From assembly GCA_017447305.1 (NCBI GenBank), contig JAFSNY010000042.1, positions 8,435 to 72,434 on the forward strand: a stretch of DNA of 64,000 bases. Reading direction: 5' to 3'. Both the position numbers and the translations under genes were made by a program. This DNA is from Bacilli bacterium. Its GTDB lineage: Bacteria; Bacillota_I; Bacilli_A; RFN20; CAG-826. The notes below the pieces were generated by a model. It was given only the letters and a program-made list of their open reading frames with translations, had not been told where the DNA came from and did not search any database. This document shows, piece after piece, positions 9,880 through 17,281 of this stretch (positions are counted from its first letter, which is position 1; each line of letters begins with the position of its first letter).

Positions 9880-11503
9880 AACCTCTCTTTTTGATAACGT
9901 TATAAATCTTTTCAATATAAGCGTCACACTCTTTGATTGTTGGGCATTCCACCATAATACGGACAACTGGTTCGGTTCCACTTTGTCTTAATAAGGCACG
10001 ACCATTATCTCCGATTTCCTTATTAACTTCTTCGAATTTAGCTTTGACAGCTTCATCATCGACTACCGCGGCTTTATTCGTAACACGGACGTTTTTAAGT
10101 CTTTGTGGTAATAAGTGAACTGGAGCGACGAGCTTAGATAATTTTTCTTTTCTTTCTAAGACTTCTTCGGTGACCATGATGGCGGTTAACACTCCATCAC
10201 CAGTTGTCGCATATTTCTTAATGATAACGTGACCAGATTGTTCTCCACCTAAGGAATAGCCTTCTTCTTGCATCTTTTCAAAGACGAAGCGGTCTCCAAC
10301 TTTAGTTTGAACATTCTTAATTCCCACTGCTTTTAAAGCTTTGGTTAAGCCAGAGTTCGACATGATGGTCGTGACAAGTGTATCTTTAGATAAGGCACCT
10401 TCGCTCTTAAGTTTAACAGCGAGGAGATACATGATTTTATCACCATCGACTTCGTGACCATTTTCATCAACGGCGATACAACGGTCACAGTCACCATCAA
10501 AGGCGAATCCTAAGTCAAGTTTGTTATCCTTAACGTATTTGCATAAGACATCAATATGGGTGCTTCCGGCATCTAAGTTGATGTTTAGGCCATTTGGTTC
10601 ATTATTAATAATGAATGTTTGAGCGCCTAAGGAATCAAAGACGCTTTTTGCAATCATCCAAGCCGCACCATTAGAGGTATCTAAACCAATCTTAAGGTTA
10701 CGCATGGAGTGTCTTGCTAAAGAGATGAGATATCCGACATAACGGTTACGTCCACTGGTAAAGTCGGTGATACTTCCAACTTCTTCTCTAGCGGCAAATG
10801 GAAGGTCATCTCCTTCAACGCCGAGCATAGCGAAGTTACCATCGATATACGCTTCAATTAAGACAGCGACGGAATCTTCGAGTTTTTCACCATCGCAGTT
10901 AATGACTTTAATACCATTATCATAAAATGGGTTATGTGAAGCGGTGATCATGACACCACAATCGAAGCAATCTTGTCTAACGATATAAGAGACGCTTGGT
11001 GTAGTTGTAACGTGAAGTAAGAAGACATCAGCACCGGAAGCGGCTAAGCCAGCAGCAACAGCGTATTCTAACATGTAGGAAGAACGTCTGGTGTCTTTGC
11101 CGATAACCACTCTTGGACGATATCCTGGTTTTTGTAAATTGAATTTTTGATTACCATAGAACCAACCTAAGAAACGACCAATTTTATAAGCGTGATCACA
11201 TGTTAAGACTTTGTTGACCTCGCCTCTAAATCCATCAGTGCCAAAATATTTAGTTTTGATATCTTCACCGATACTTTGTGGAAGTTTCTTTCCGCGGTGG
11301 ATGACGATATTATCATCAAGGAGTTCATCAGTGGTAATTTTAAAAATCTTCGATAACTCTAAAATCTTGTCAATCGTTGGGAGTGATTCATCACTTTCCC
11401 ATTTGGAAATGGATTGACGGGAGACATTAAGCATCGAAGCTAATTTTTCTTGTGAGATGTTGTTCACAATTCGAAGGTGAACGATTTTTTCCCCAATAGT
11501 CAT
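9866..11503 (-). CDS. glmM: Phosphoglucosamine mutase with an N-terminal XRE-type helix-turn-helix domain fused in frame
   Basis: Residues 1-65 have an HTH_XRE signature (ISQEKLASMLNVSRQSISKWE...). The rest is canonical GlmM (GTDGFRG, the active-site motif ASHNPFYDNGIK). A GGAGG RBS precedes the ATG. Confidence 0.85.
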   Translation of the reverse strand: MTIGEKIVHLRIVNNISQEKLASMLNVSRQSISKWESDESLPTIDKILELSKIFKITTDELLDDNIVIHRGKKLPQSIGEDIKTKYFGTDGFRGEVNKVLTCDHAYKIGRFLGWFYGNQKFNLQKPGYRPRVVIGKDTRRSSYMLEYAVAAGLAASGADVFLLHVTTTPSVSYIVRQDCFDCGVMITASHNPFYDNGIKVINCDGEKLEDSVAVLIEAYIDGNFAMLGVEGDDLPFAAREEVGSITDFTSGRNRYVGYLISLARHSMRNLKIGLDTSNGAAWMIAKSVFDSLGAQTFIINNEPNGLNINLDAGSTHIDVLCKYVKDNKLDLGFAFDGDCDRCIAVDENGHEVDGDKIMYLLAVKLKSEGALSKDTLVTTIMSNSGLTKALKAVGIKNVQTKVGDRFVFEKMQEEGYSLGGEQSGHVIIKKYATTGDGVLTAIMVTEEVLERKEKLSKLVAPVHLLPQRLKNVRVTNKAAVVDDEAVKAKFEEVNKEIGDNGRALLRQSGTEPVVRIMVECPTIKECDAYIEKIYNVIKKRGYVCE

Positions 11504-11526
11504 TTTGAACCTCCGGCAATTGTTAG

Positions 11527-11537
11527 TTGCACTGCAA
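11527..11537. promoter_or_regulatory. Palindrome TTGCA-C-TGCAA between the glmM -10 box and its RBS; candidate operator for the fused HTH domain
   Basis: An inverted repeat with 5-bp arms lies 3 nt downstream of the -10 box of the promoter below, overlapping the predicted transcription start. Confidence 0.35.
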
Positions 11538-11540
11538 ATA

Positions 11541-11568
11541 ATAATATCGACTTTTTATACGTAGTCAA
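11541..11568 (-). promoter_or_regulatory. Sigma70-type promoter for the glmM-acetyltransferase-nagB operon
   Basis: Read on the minus strand: -35 TTGACT, a 16-nt spacer, -10 TATTAT. Confidence 0.45.
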
Positions 11569-11620
11569 CATTTATTTAATATTTTTTTATCAATGTAAAG
11601 TAATGTTTACACTAGTCTTA

Positions 11621-11649
11621 ACAAAAAGAGCGAGATGCTAATCCCGCTC
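11621..11649 (-). terminator. Rho-independent terminator after the ABC-2 permease gene
   Basis: Stem GAGCG/CGCTC followed by TTTTTGTT on the minus strand. Confidence 0.45.
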
Positions 11650-11668
11650 CGAAGATGATATTGATAAT

Positions 11669-12361
11669 TTAAAAATCAACTTGTTCTAACTCTTTTGAGG
11701 CTATTTTATGCGTGATGATATGAAGAAGCACATAGATAATAAGTGCTGAACCAAGGACGATAAATTGATATCCAATCCCACTTTTACAGAGGAACTCTTC
11801 ATACCATAGGCAGCCTGGGAGATTTGGAATAATAATGGTGAAAATCGCTAGATAAATAACATATCCAATAATCATTAATAATGTCGATAGGACGATAGAT
11901 TTTCCGTTTTTATAATAGACGAGGAAATAGATTAAATCAGCGATAGCAAATCCAATTAAAGAAATGCCTAATATAGATACATATCCATCTAGCCCTAGCA
12001 TATGGAAAGTTACCGCACTTTCACTTTCGCTCGGAGGAATACTTGAGTCTATGAGTAATGCGAGAGGATATAAAGCGGTCATGATAAGTGTAAAGATGAT
12101 ATGCATGATGATAACCGTGAAGATTCTCGCAAGGACAATATCTCTTTTTCTGATCGGAAGGAGGGTTGAGAAAAGCAAATCGTTGCTTTGTTGTCCTTTA
12201 TTCGCTCCTAAGAAAAGAATTGGGTAAGTGGTTAAGACATAGATAAATCCAACCGCTGGAGGATAGGAAGGAATCAAAATCATAAGTGGGAAAACAATGA
12301 TAAAGACATAGCAAATTGGATGCATTGCTAGTTTGAATTCTTTATAAAGTAAAGCTTTCAT
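11669..12361 (-). CDS. ABC-2 family transporter permease
   Basis: 230 aa with six predicted transmembrane helices. Its start overlaps the end of the upstream ATPase gene. Confidence 0.6.
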   Translation of the reverse strand: MKALLYKEFKLAMHPICYVFIIVFPLMILIPSYPPAVGFIYVLTTYPILFLGANKGQQSNDLLFSTLLPIRKRDIVLARIFTVIIMHIIFTLIMTALYPLALLIDSSIPPSESESAVTFHMLGLDGYVSILGISLIGFAIADLIYFLVYYKNGKSIVLSTLLMIIGYVIYLAIFTIIIPNLPGCLWYEEFLCKSGIGYQFIVLGSALIIYVLLHIITHKIASKELEQVDF

Positions 12362-13211
12362 GATTCTTGCTCCTTTCTAGATAGACCATAATGTCTTCTA
12401 AATCTGGTTCTTTGATTTCAATACCTTTTTTATTAAAGATATCCTTCTTATTTATATCAATTAATCCTTCAATACGGTCATCAAGTTCCTTATAGGCGAT
12501 GTATTCGTTTAATAACTCTTTATCCTTTGTTTTGTCTTTTACAAAAAGATAAGAATTAATAAAGTCTTTCTTTGTTCCTGTATAAAGAATTGAGCCATTA
12601 TGGATATAGGTGATATTTGATGCGCATTTATCTAAATCGCTGGTGATATGCGTGGAGAAAAGTATCGCACGATCCCCGTTTCTAACGATTTCTCTAAAGA
12701 TATCTAAAACTTCATCACGAGAGACGGGATCAAGACCGGAAGTTGGTTCATCTAAGATTAATAATTCCGCTTTATGGGATAAAGCAATCGCGACGGAATA
12801 TTTAACTTTCATGCCGCTAGATAATTCTTCAATCTTTTTATCGATATCAAGATTAAAGAGTTTACATACTTCGTGGAACTTCTTCTCATCGAAGTTTTTG
12901 TAAAATCTTTTTGTAACATTCATAAGTTGTCTAATCGTGCGATTGGGGTAATAGTTAATCTCACTTAGAGCAAAGCCAATTCTTTGTTTGCTTTCAAGTT
13001 CATTAGCTTTCATTTCCTTACCAAACGCATAGATTGTTCCACTATCATAATGAATGAGATTCATAATACTTTTTAATGTTGTGGTTTTTCCTGCACCATT
13101 ACGTCCGATAAATCCCATGATTTCTCCTGGTTTAATGGCGAAAGATACATCATTTAAAGAGAATGATGGATATTTTTTGTTAACTTTATCTAATGAAAGG
13201 AATTCTTCCAT
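12342..13211 (-). CDS. ABC transporter ATP-binding protein
   Basis: Walker A (GRNGAGKTT), ABC signature (LSSGMKVK) and Walker B (LILDEPTSGLD) are all present. Confidence 0.85.
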   Translation of the reverse strand: MEEFLSLDKVNKKYPSFSLNDVSFAIKPGEIMGFIGRNGAGKTTTLKSIMNLIHYDSGTIYAFGKEMKANELESKQRIGFALSEINYYPNRTIRQLMNVTKRFYKNFDEKKFHEVCKLFNLDIDKKIEELSSGMKVKYSVAIALSHKAELLILDEPTSGLDPVSRDEVLDIFREIVRNGDRAILFSTHITSDLDKCASNITYIHNGSILYTGTKKDFINSYLFVKDKTKDKELLNEYIAYKELDDRIEGLIDINKKDIFNKKGIEIKEPDLEDIMVYLERSKNHESFTL

Positions 13212-13408
13212 TAATCATCACCTCCTACGAGATTATAAAATAAGTCCGCTTTTAAAATGGCAATTCCCCTCTTTTTATCTCCCATGACCATCAAGGTTTC
13301 ACCTTCCTTAATATCAAACATTTCTCTTGCTTCTTTAGGAATGGTGATTTGACCTTTTGGTCCAACTTTAACTGAGACGATAAAGCGGTCATCCTTTGTT
13401 TCATTCAT
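13211..13408 (-). CDS. AbrB/MazE (SpoVT_AbrB) family DNA-binding protein
   Basis: 65 aa with the swapped-hairpin motif (VKVGPKGQITIPKEAREMFDIKEGETL). It is the first gene of a three-gene operon that continues with the ABC ATPase and permease. Confidence 0.6.
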   Translation of the reverse strand: MNETKDDRFIVSVKVGPKGQITIPKEAREMFDIKEGETLMVMGDKKRGIAILKADLFYNLVGGDD

Positions 13409-13512
13409 ATTCTTACTTTTCTTACCTTTCTTACTTTGAGTATAGTAAAATATCTTCCTCTTTACAAGATGTTTATAAAATAAAGAAGCGATTTCTCGCT
13501 CCCAAATTCTTT

Positions 13513-14961
13513 TTATTTATATTCGAATGTTTCTTCGACTCGATATTTCTTATTATCATCTTGAAAGATGAATTCATCGATGATGCGTGTTTGTTTATTG
13601 ATGTCGAGCGGCACTAGATAGATCGGATTCTTTTCATCATCGTCATCGATAACAGAGCCAAAGAGAATGAGATATTTTCCATCGACACTGATGTATTCAA
13701 TTGAATAGAATTCACCATTTCCAACCACTATGGAACGGCAATCTCTTTTATCTAAATCGGGGTTAACGATTTCTTTTGTTTCATCAAAGATATATGCTTC
13801 ATCTTCGATACAAAATGATGTTGTGCGAATTGAAAGAGTTTTATCGAGTTTGGTTTTACCCATGATAAATTTTCTTAAGGTGATTTTCATTTCGCCAACA
13901 CGTCTACTAGTTGGTACTTTTTTATCCCTGACATAGTCAAAATCGAGATTAATCGATTCGTTCATCCCTAATGTGTATTCTTTGATTTCTCCTCCATAAT
14001 TAACCGAGAAAGTCACTTCTTCATTTTCTTCATCTGAATTTAAGATTTTAAAAGTATCAGGGAAATTGGGGATAAATGGAGGATCGTCATCATAAACGAG
14101 GATTGCGTATCTTCCTTCTGCGAAGCTTTCATCCGGATGATTTGGCCATCTCGCATAAAATTCCACTTCTAAAACATAATGTTCATACGCTCGATCTTCT
14201 TTTTTAATTTCCGCATTTCCTAAATCAAGATTAATAAAATCTAAAACGTTATTAACAATTATTGGCTCTCCTGGTTCTAAAATAGCTTGAATAACAACTG
14301 TGAAATACTGTGAATTATTGATAATTTGATTTTTGAGATAATATTTTCCATCTGGAGAAATAGAACATGATACCTCTTCCGCGCTGGTGAAATGTTTAAC
14401 GAGATAATCGGCATATTTAAACATCTCCGCTCCGCACGCTTCAAGTTCTTCTTTAGTAATATTTCTCCAATCATAAACAACAAAAGCGAGGTTTGGATAT
14501 TCTTCTACATAATAGACTTTAGGTTTTGTTGGAAAGGACGGAAGGATCGGATTAATTCCATATTTTTCTGAAAATGACGCTAGTTCAGCAGGGCTTCCTC
14601 CACTAATCTTTCCTTCTGTAAGATAGAGATAGAGGATATCAACTTCACCTACTTCCAAAGGAAGAGGGTTGAATTTATCATCAGTTTTAACAAGAATCAT
14701 ATCAGATGCGAGGAAATCATAGCCAGAAATACGGCACGCTAATTCGTTGTTATCTTTGTCAGATCTTTCCATGTAGCGGTCGACAAAACCAATTAAATGA
14801 ATACCTAGTTTATTGGATAAATCTTGTGTTTTGATTGTATGAATAGTCGATAAACCTTCCGCTTCTATCGCATCTTCTAGTCCGCGATAATCAGAATCGA
14901 ATTCGACTTCAAGTTTTAAAACTTCACCATTTGTTTTAATTAAAACTGCATTGAAAGACAT
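13513..14961 (-). CDS. Hypothetical cytoplasmic protein
   Basis: 482-aa ORF with no signal peptide or transmembrane helix and no motif I can recognise. Codon usage is consistent with its neighbours. Confidence 0.5.
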   Translation of the reverse strand: MSFNAVLIKTNGEVLKLEVEFDSDYRGLEDAIEAEGLSTIHTIKTQDLSNKLGIHLIGFVDRYMERSDKDNNELACRISGYDFLASDMILVKTDDKFNPLPLEVGEVDILYLYLTEGKISGGSPAELASFSEKYGINPILPSFPTKPKVYYVEEYPNLAFVVYDWRNITKEELEACGAEMFKYADYLVKHFTSAEEVSCSISPDGKYYLKNQIINNSQYFTVVIQAILEPGEPIIVNNVLDFINLDLGNAEIKKEDRAYEHYVLEVEFYARWPNHPDESFAEGRYAILVYDDDPPFIPNFPDTFKILNSDEENEEVTFSVNYGGEIKEYTLGMNESINLDFDYVRDKKVPTSRRVGEMKITLRKFIMGKTKLDKTLSIRTTSFCIEDEAYIFDETKEIVNPDLDKRDCRSIVVGNGEFYSIEYISVDGKYLILFGSVIDDDDEKNPIYLVPLDINKQTRIIDEFIFQDDNKKYRVEETFEYK

Positions 14962-15017
14962 AAATTACCCTCGCAAACGATTTGTTAAAAATATTTTATC
15001 ATAGTTCTGATCTAAGT

Positions 15018-15049
15018 TTAATAAATTAAAAGTGCCGATGAACGGCACT
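15018..15049 (-). terminator. Rho-independent terminator at the end of the tRNA Pro-Ala-Met transcription unit
   Basis: Hairpin AGTGCCG-atgaa-CGGCACT followed by TTTTAATTTATT on the minus strand. Confidence 0.5.
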
Positions 15050-15065
15050 ATTTGTTATCAACGAT

Positions 15066-15142
15066 TGGTAGCTGAGGACGGACTTGAACCGCCGACCTTA
15101 GAGGTATGAACTCTCTGCTCTAGCCAGCTGAGCTACTCAGCC
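15066..15142 (-). tRNA. tRNA with a CAU anticodon (elongator tRNA-Met or lysidine-modified tRNA-Ile2)
   Basis: A cloverleaf fits: acceptor GGCUGAG, D-arm GCUCAGCUGGCUAGAGC, anticodon loop UUCAUAC, T-arm GGUUCAAGUCC, 3' terminal CCA. Confidence 0.8.
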
Positions 15143-15149
15143 ATGATTT

Positions 15150-15225
15150 TGGTGGATCTAAAGGGACTCGAACCCTCGGCCTCCTGAATGCAAATCAGGC
15201 GCTCTCCCAGCTGAGCTATAGACCC
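15150..15225 (-). tRNA. tRNA-Ala (UGC)
   Basis: The anticodon loop is UUUGCAU. The acceptor stem has the G3:U70 alanine identity pair, and CCA is encoded. Confidence 0.85.
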
Positions 15226-15232
15226 AGTTGAA

Positions 15233-15309
15233 TGGTCGGGATGACAGGATTTGAACCTGCGGCCTTCTGCTCCCAAAGCAGACGCGATACCAAGCTACGC
15301 TACATCCCG
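15233..15309 (-). tRNA. tRNA-Pro (UGG)
   Basis: Anticodon loop UUUGGGA. The acceptor stem is CGGGAUG/CAUCCCG, with T-arm GGUUCAAAUCC and an encoded CCA. Confidence 0.85.
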
Positions 15310-15344
15310 ATTAACGAATCTCCAATTCGATTCGCGTATTATAT

Positions 15345-15372
15345 TTTATACACTTTGCATTTAATTAGTCAA
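15345..15372 (-). promoter_or_regulatory. Sigma70-type promoter for the tRNA Pro-Ala-Met cluster
   Basis: Read on the minus strand: -35 TTGACT, a 16-nt spacer, and a TG-preceded -10 TATAAA, about 40 nt upstream of the tRNA-Pro 5' end. Confidence 0.45.
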
Positions 15373-15443
15373 ATGATTCTTTATGTTTTTTTCGTTAATC
15401 GGCCTAGATTATATCTAGGTATCGCGTTGACTAACATTTTTCT

Positions 15444-15833
15444 CTAATCTTTTTTGCGTAAAGTGTGTTCAACAACGGATGGAGTGCCCCAATAACTAAA
15501 TCTAATTTCGAATAAATATGCGTGATTATAAGCGTATATACCAATCATTTCTTCTTCATCGTTGAAGATGGCTTGAGACAATAATAAATTAGACTTAGTT
15601 TTGACGATGGTTGTTTCGTATTTATCGATTCCACCTTCGGTATCGGAGATTTCGACACAGCGGTGTTCTGGTTTGCTTTCCTCTAAATAATAAAGCTTAT
15701 TCATCTCATCAACTTTTTGTTGATACCTAATTCTTGTATCTTCATCTAGCTCTATTTCATAGATAAAATATCCATTATTTACTTCGATAGAGTTTGGGTA
15801 ATCTTTAGTACATGTTTTATAGCATTTAGACAT
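15444..15833 (-). CDS. Hypothetical protein
   Basis: 129-aa ORF with no recognisable motif. Confidence 0.4.
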   Translation of the reverse strand: MSKCYKTCTKDYPNSIEVNNGYFIYEIELDEDTRIRYQQKVDEMNKLYYLEESKPEHRCVEISDTEGGIDKYETTIVKTKSNLLLSQAIFNDEEEMIGIYAYNHAYLFEIRFSYWGTPSVVEHTLRKKD

Positions 15834-15904
15834 AAGCTTTCCTCCGCTTATAAGAATATATCACACTAGGTGGGTAGATAGAAAAATATATTAACCTTTT
15901 TATA

Positions 15905-15934
15905 AAATAAAAAGCCCTGTTGTAATATCAGGGC
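15905..15934 (-). terminator. Rho-independent terminator after the lipoprotein gene at 15958-16941
   Basis: Stem GCCCTG/CAGGGC followed by TTTTTATTTTAT on the minus strand. Confidence 0.45.
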
Positions 15935-15957
15935 GATTGTTTATCATTTTTAATGAT

Positions 15958-16941
15958 TTAGAACTTGACGGTAATTAAAGGCGTAACTCCAATTCCAGTT
16001 GTGTCTACAACAAAGTTATTAACATAATCAGTTCGCCAGACTTTTTCATTCATAGGTTTTACAACTGATGGATCTCTAATCCACTCAGCGTATTCATTAT
16101 TGATTTTCTTCATTCCTCTAGCGAGAGCGTAATCTGTTGGATAAAGAGTTGCTTTTCTAAAACTACCGGAAGCTCTACAGTCTTTATCATTACCGACTTG
16201 TTTTAAATCTCCCACTTCATCCGAAGCGATATAGACTTTATCGTTTAAATAATATTCTTCCCAATTATTGAAATATGTGCTATCGCCTGTTTCATATTCC
16301 ATTTTTATATCTTTAGCTCTTTTACATTTGAGATTACTTTCAATAATGTATTTATCGTTTTTAGAAAAGGCCTTTTTATAGAAATCATTATTTAACCAGT
16401 TTCTTAATGAAGAATGACTATAATCGTTAGCGTAAATACCATTATGATTCCCGTTATAATCATCGTTAAAAATATGGATATCTAATATCCATTTAGTATA
16501 AAGGACTAATTCAGCGTGTTGAGCGTTTATATCGAGTTCTTGTCTAGTCCTATCGGTTTCACCCCAATAAATAGTTTCTACTTCAAACCAATACTTCTTT
16601 TCAAATTCAATATAATTTCCATTACTAAATTGAATTAGATTACCTGCTGGATAGGCGATTAAAGGAGCGTATTGTTTATCGTTAAAAGTATAGTAGCCAT
16701 TTTTGTCCGCGGTTTTGCTACTTTCGAGTTTATTAAGTTCTGAAATGATTTGAGAATCTTCAACGACAGTTTGAGGATATGAACCATAACCAACACTAAA
16801 AACGGTTTTTTTATTGTTAAATAATTTATCGCAGTCGACATATAGATCATCAGCATAGATGTCTATATCACTTGACTTTTTAAAACACGAACATAGAGTA
16901 AAAACTATCAAGCCTGTGAATAATACTGATTTAATCTTCAT
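15958..16941 (-). CDS. Hypothetical lipoprotein
   Basis: Signal peptide with a lipobox (FTLCS-C). 327 aa with no known catalytic motif. Confidence 0.55.
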   Translation of the reverse strand: MKIKSVLFTGLIVFTLCSCFKKSSDIDIYADDLYVDCDKLFNNKKTVFSVGYGSYPQTVVEDSQIISELNKLESSKTADKNGYYTFNDKQYAPLIAYPAGNLIQFSNGNYIEFEKKYWFEVETIYWGETDRTRQELDINAQHAELVLYTKWILDIHIFNDDYNGNHNGIYANDYSHSSLRNWLNNDFYKKAFSKNDKYIIESNLKCKRAKDIKMEYETGDSTYFNNWEEYYLNDKVYIASDEVGDLKQVGNDKDCRASGSFRKATLYPTDYALARGMKKINNEYAEWIRDPSVVKPMNEKVWRTDYVNNFVVDTTGIGVTPLITVKF

Positions 16942-17051
16942 AATATTTGTCCCTTCTTTATTTATCTTTATTTTAATGGAAAAGAGGTAGAAAATTAAAC
17001 GACGAATAATTAAAAACAGCTCCGATCAAGTCGAAACTGTTACGTACTATT

Positions 17052-17128
17052 TGGCGCGCCTTGCAAGAATCGAACTCGCAACCTCCAGATTCGTAGTCTG
17101 ACACTCTATCCAGTTGAGCTAAAGGCGC
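17052..17128 (-). tRNA. tRNA-Arg (ACG)
   Basis: Anticodon loop CUACGAA. Acceptor stem GCGCCUU/AAGGCGC, T-arm GGUUCGAUUCU, encoded CCA. Confidence 0.85.
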
Positions 17129-17151
17129 ATAACGCTATGTGATACTAAGAT

Positions 17152-17226
17152 TGGAGGTTCCTACCGGATTCGGACCGATGATCATTGAGTTGCAGTCAAT
17201 TGCCTTACCAACTTGGCTAAGGAACC
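17152..17226 (-). tRNA. tRNA-Cys (GCA)
   Basis: Anticodon loop CUGCAAC. The discriminator base is U73, as expected for tRNA-Cys. Acceptor stem GGUUCCU/AGGAACC, encoded CCA. Confidence 0.8.
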
Positions 17227-17243
17227 ACCACATAGCGTTTAAG

Positions 17244-17272
17244 ATTATACCATTGACATTCTTGCTTAACAA
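17244..17272 (-). promoter_or_regulatory. Sigma70 promoter for the tRNA Cys-Arg operon
   Basis: Read on the minus strand: -35 TTGTTA, an exact 17-nt spacer, and a consensus -10 TATAAT. It lies about 18 nt upstream of the tRNA-Cys 5' end and just downstream of the potD stop codon. Confidence 0.55.
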
Positions 17273-17281
17273 GAAAGTTTT

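Noticed and set aside
15232-15447. 71-aa plus-strand ORF
   Set aside because: It overlaps tRNA-Pro on the opposite strand and the tRNA promoter. It is spurious.
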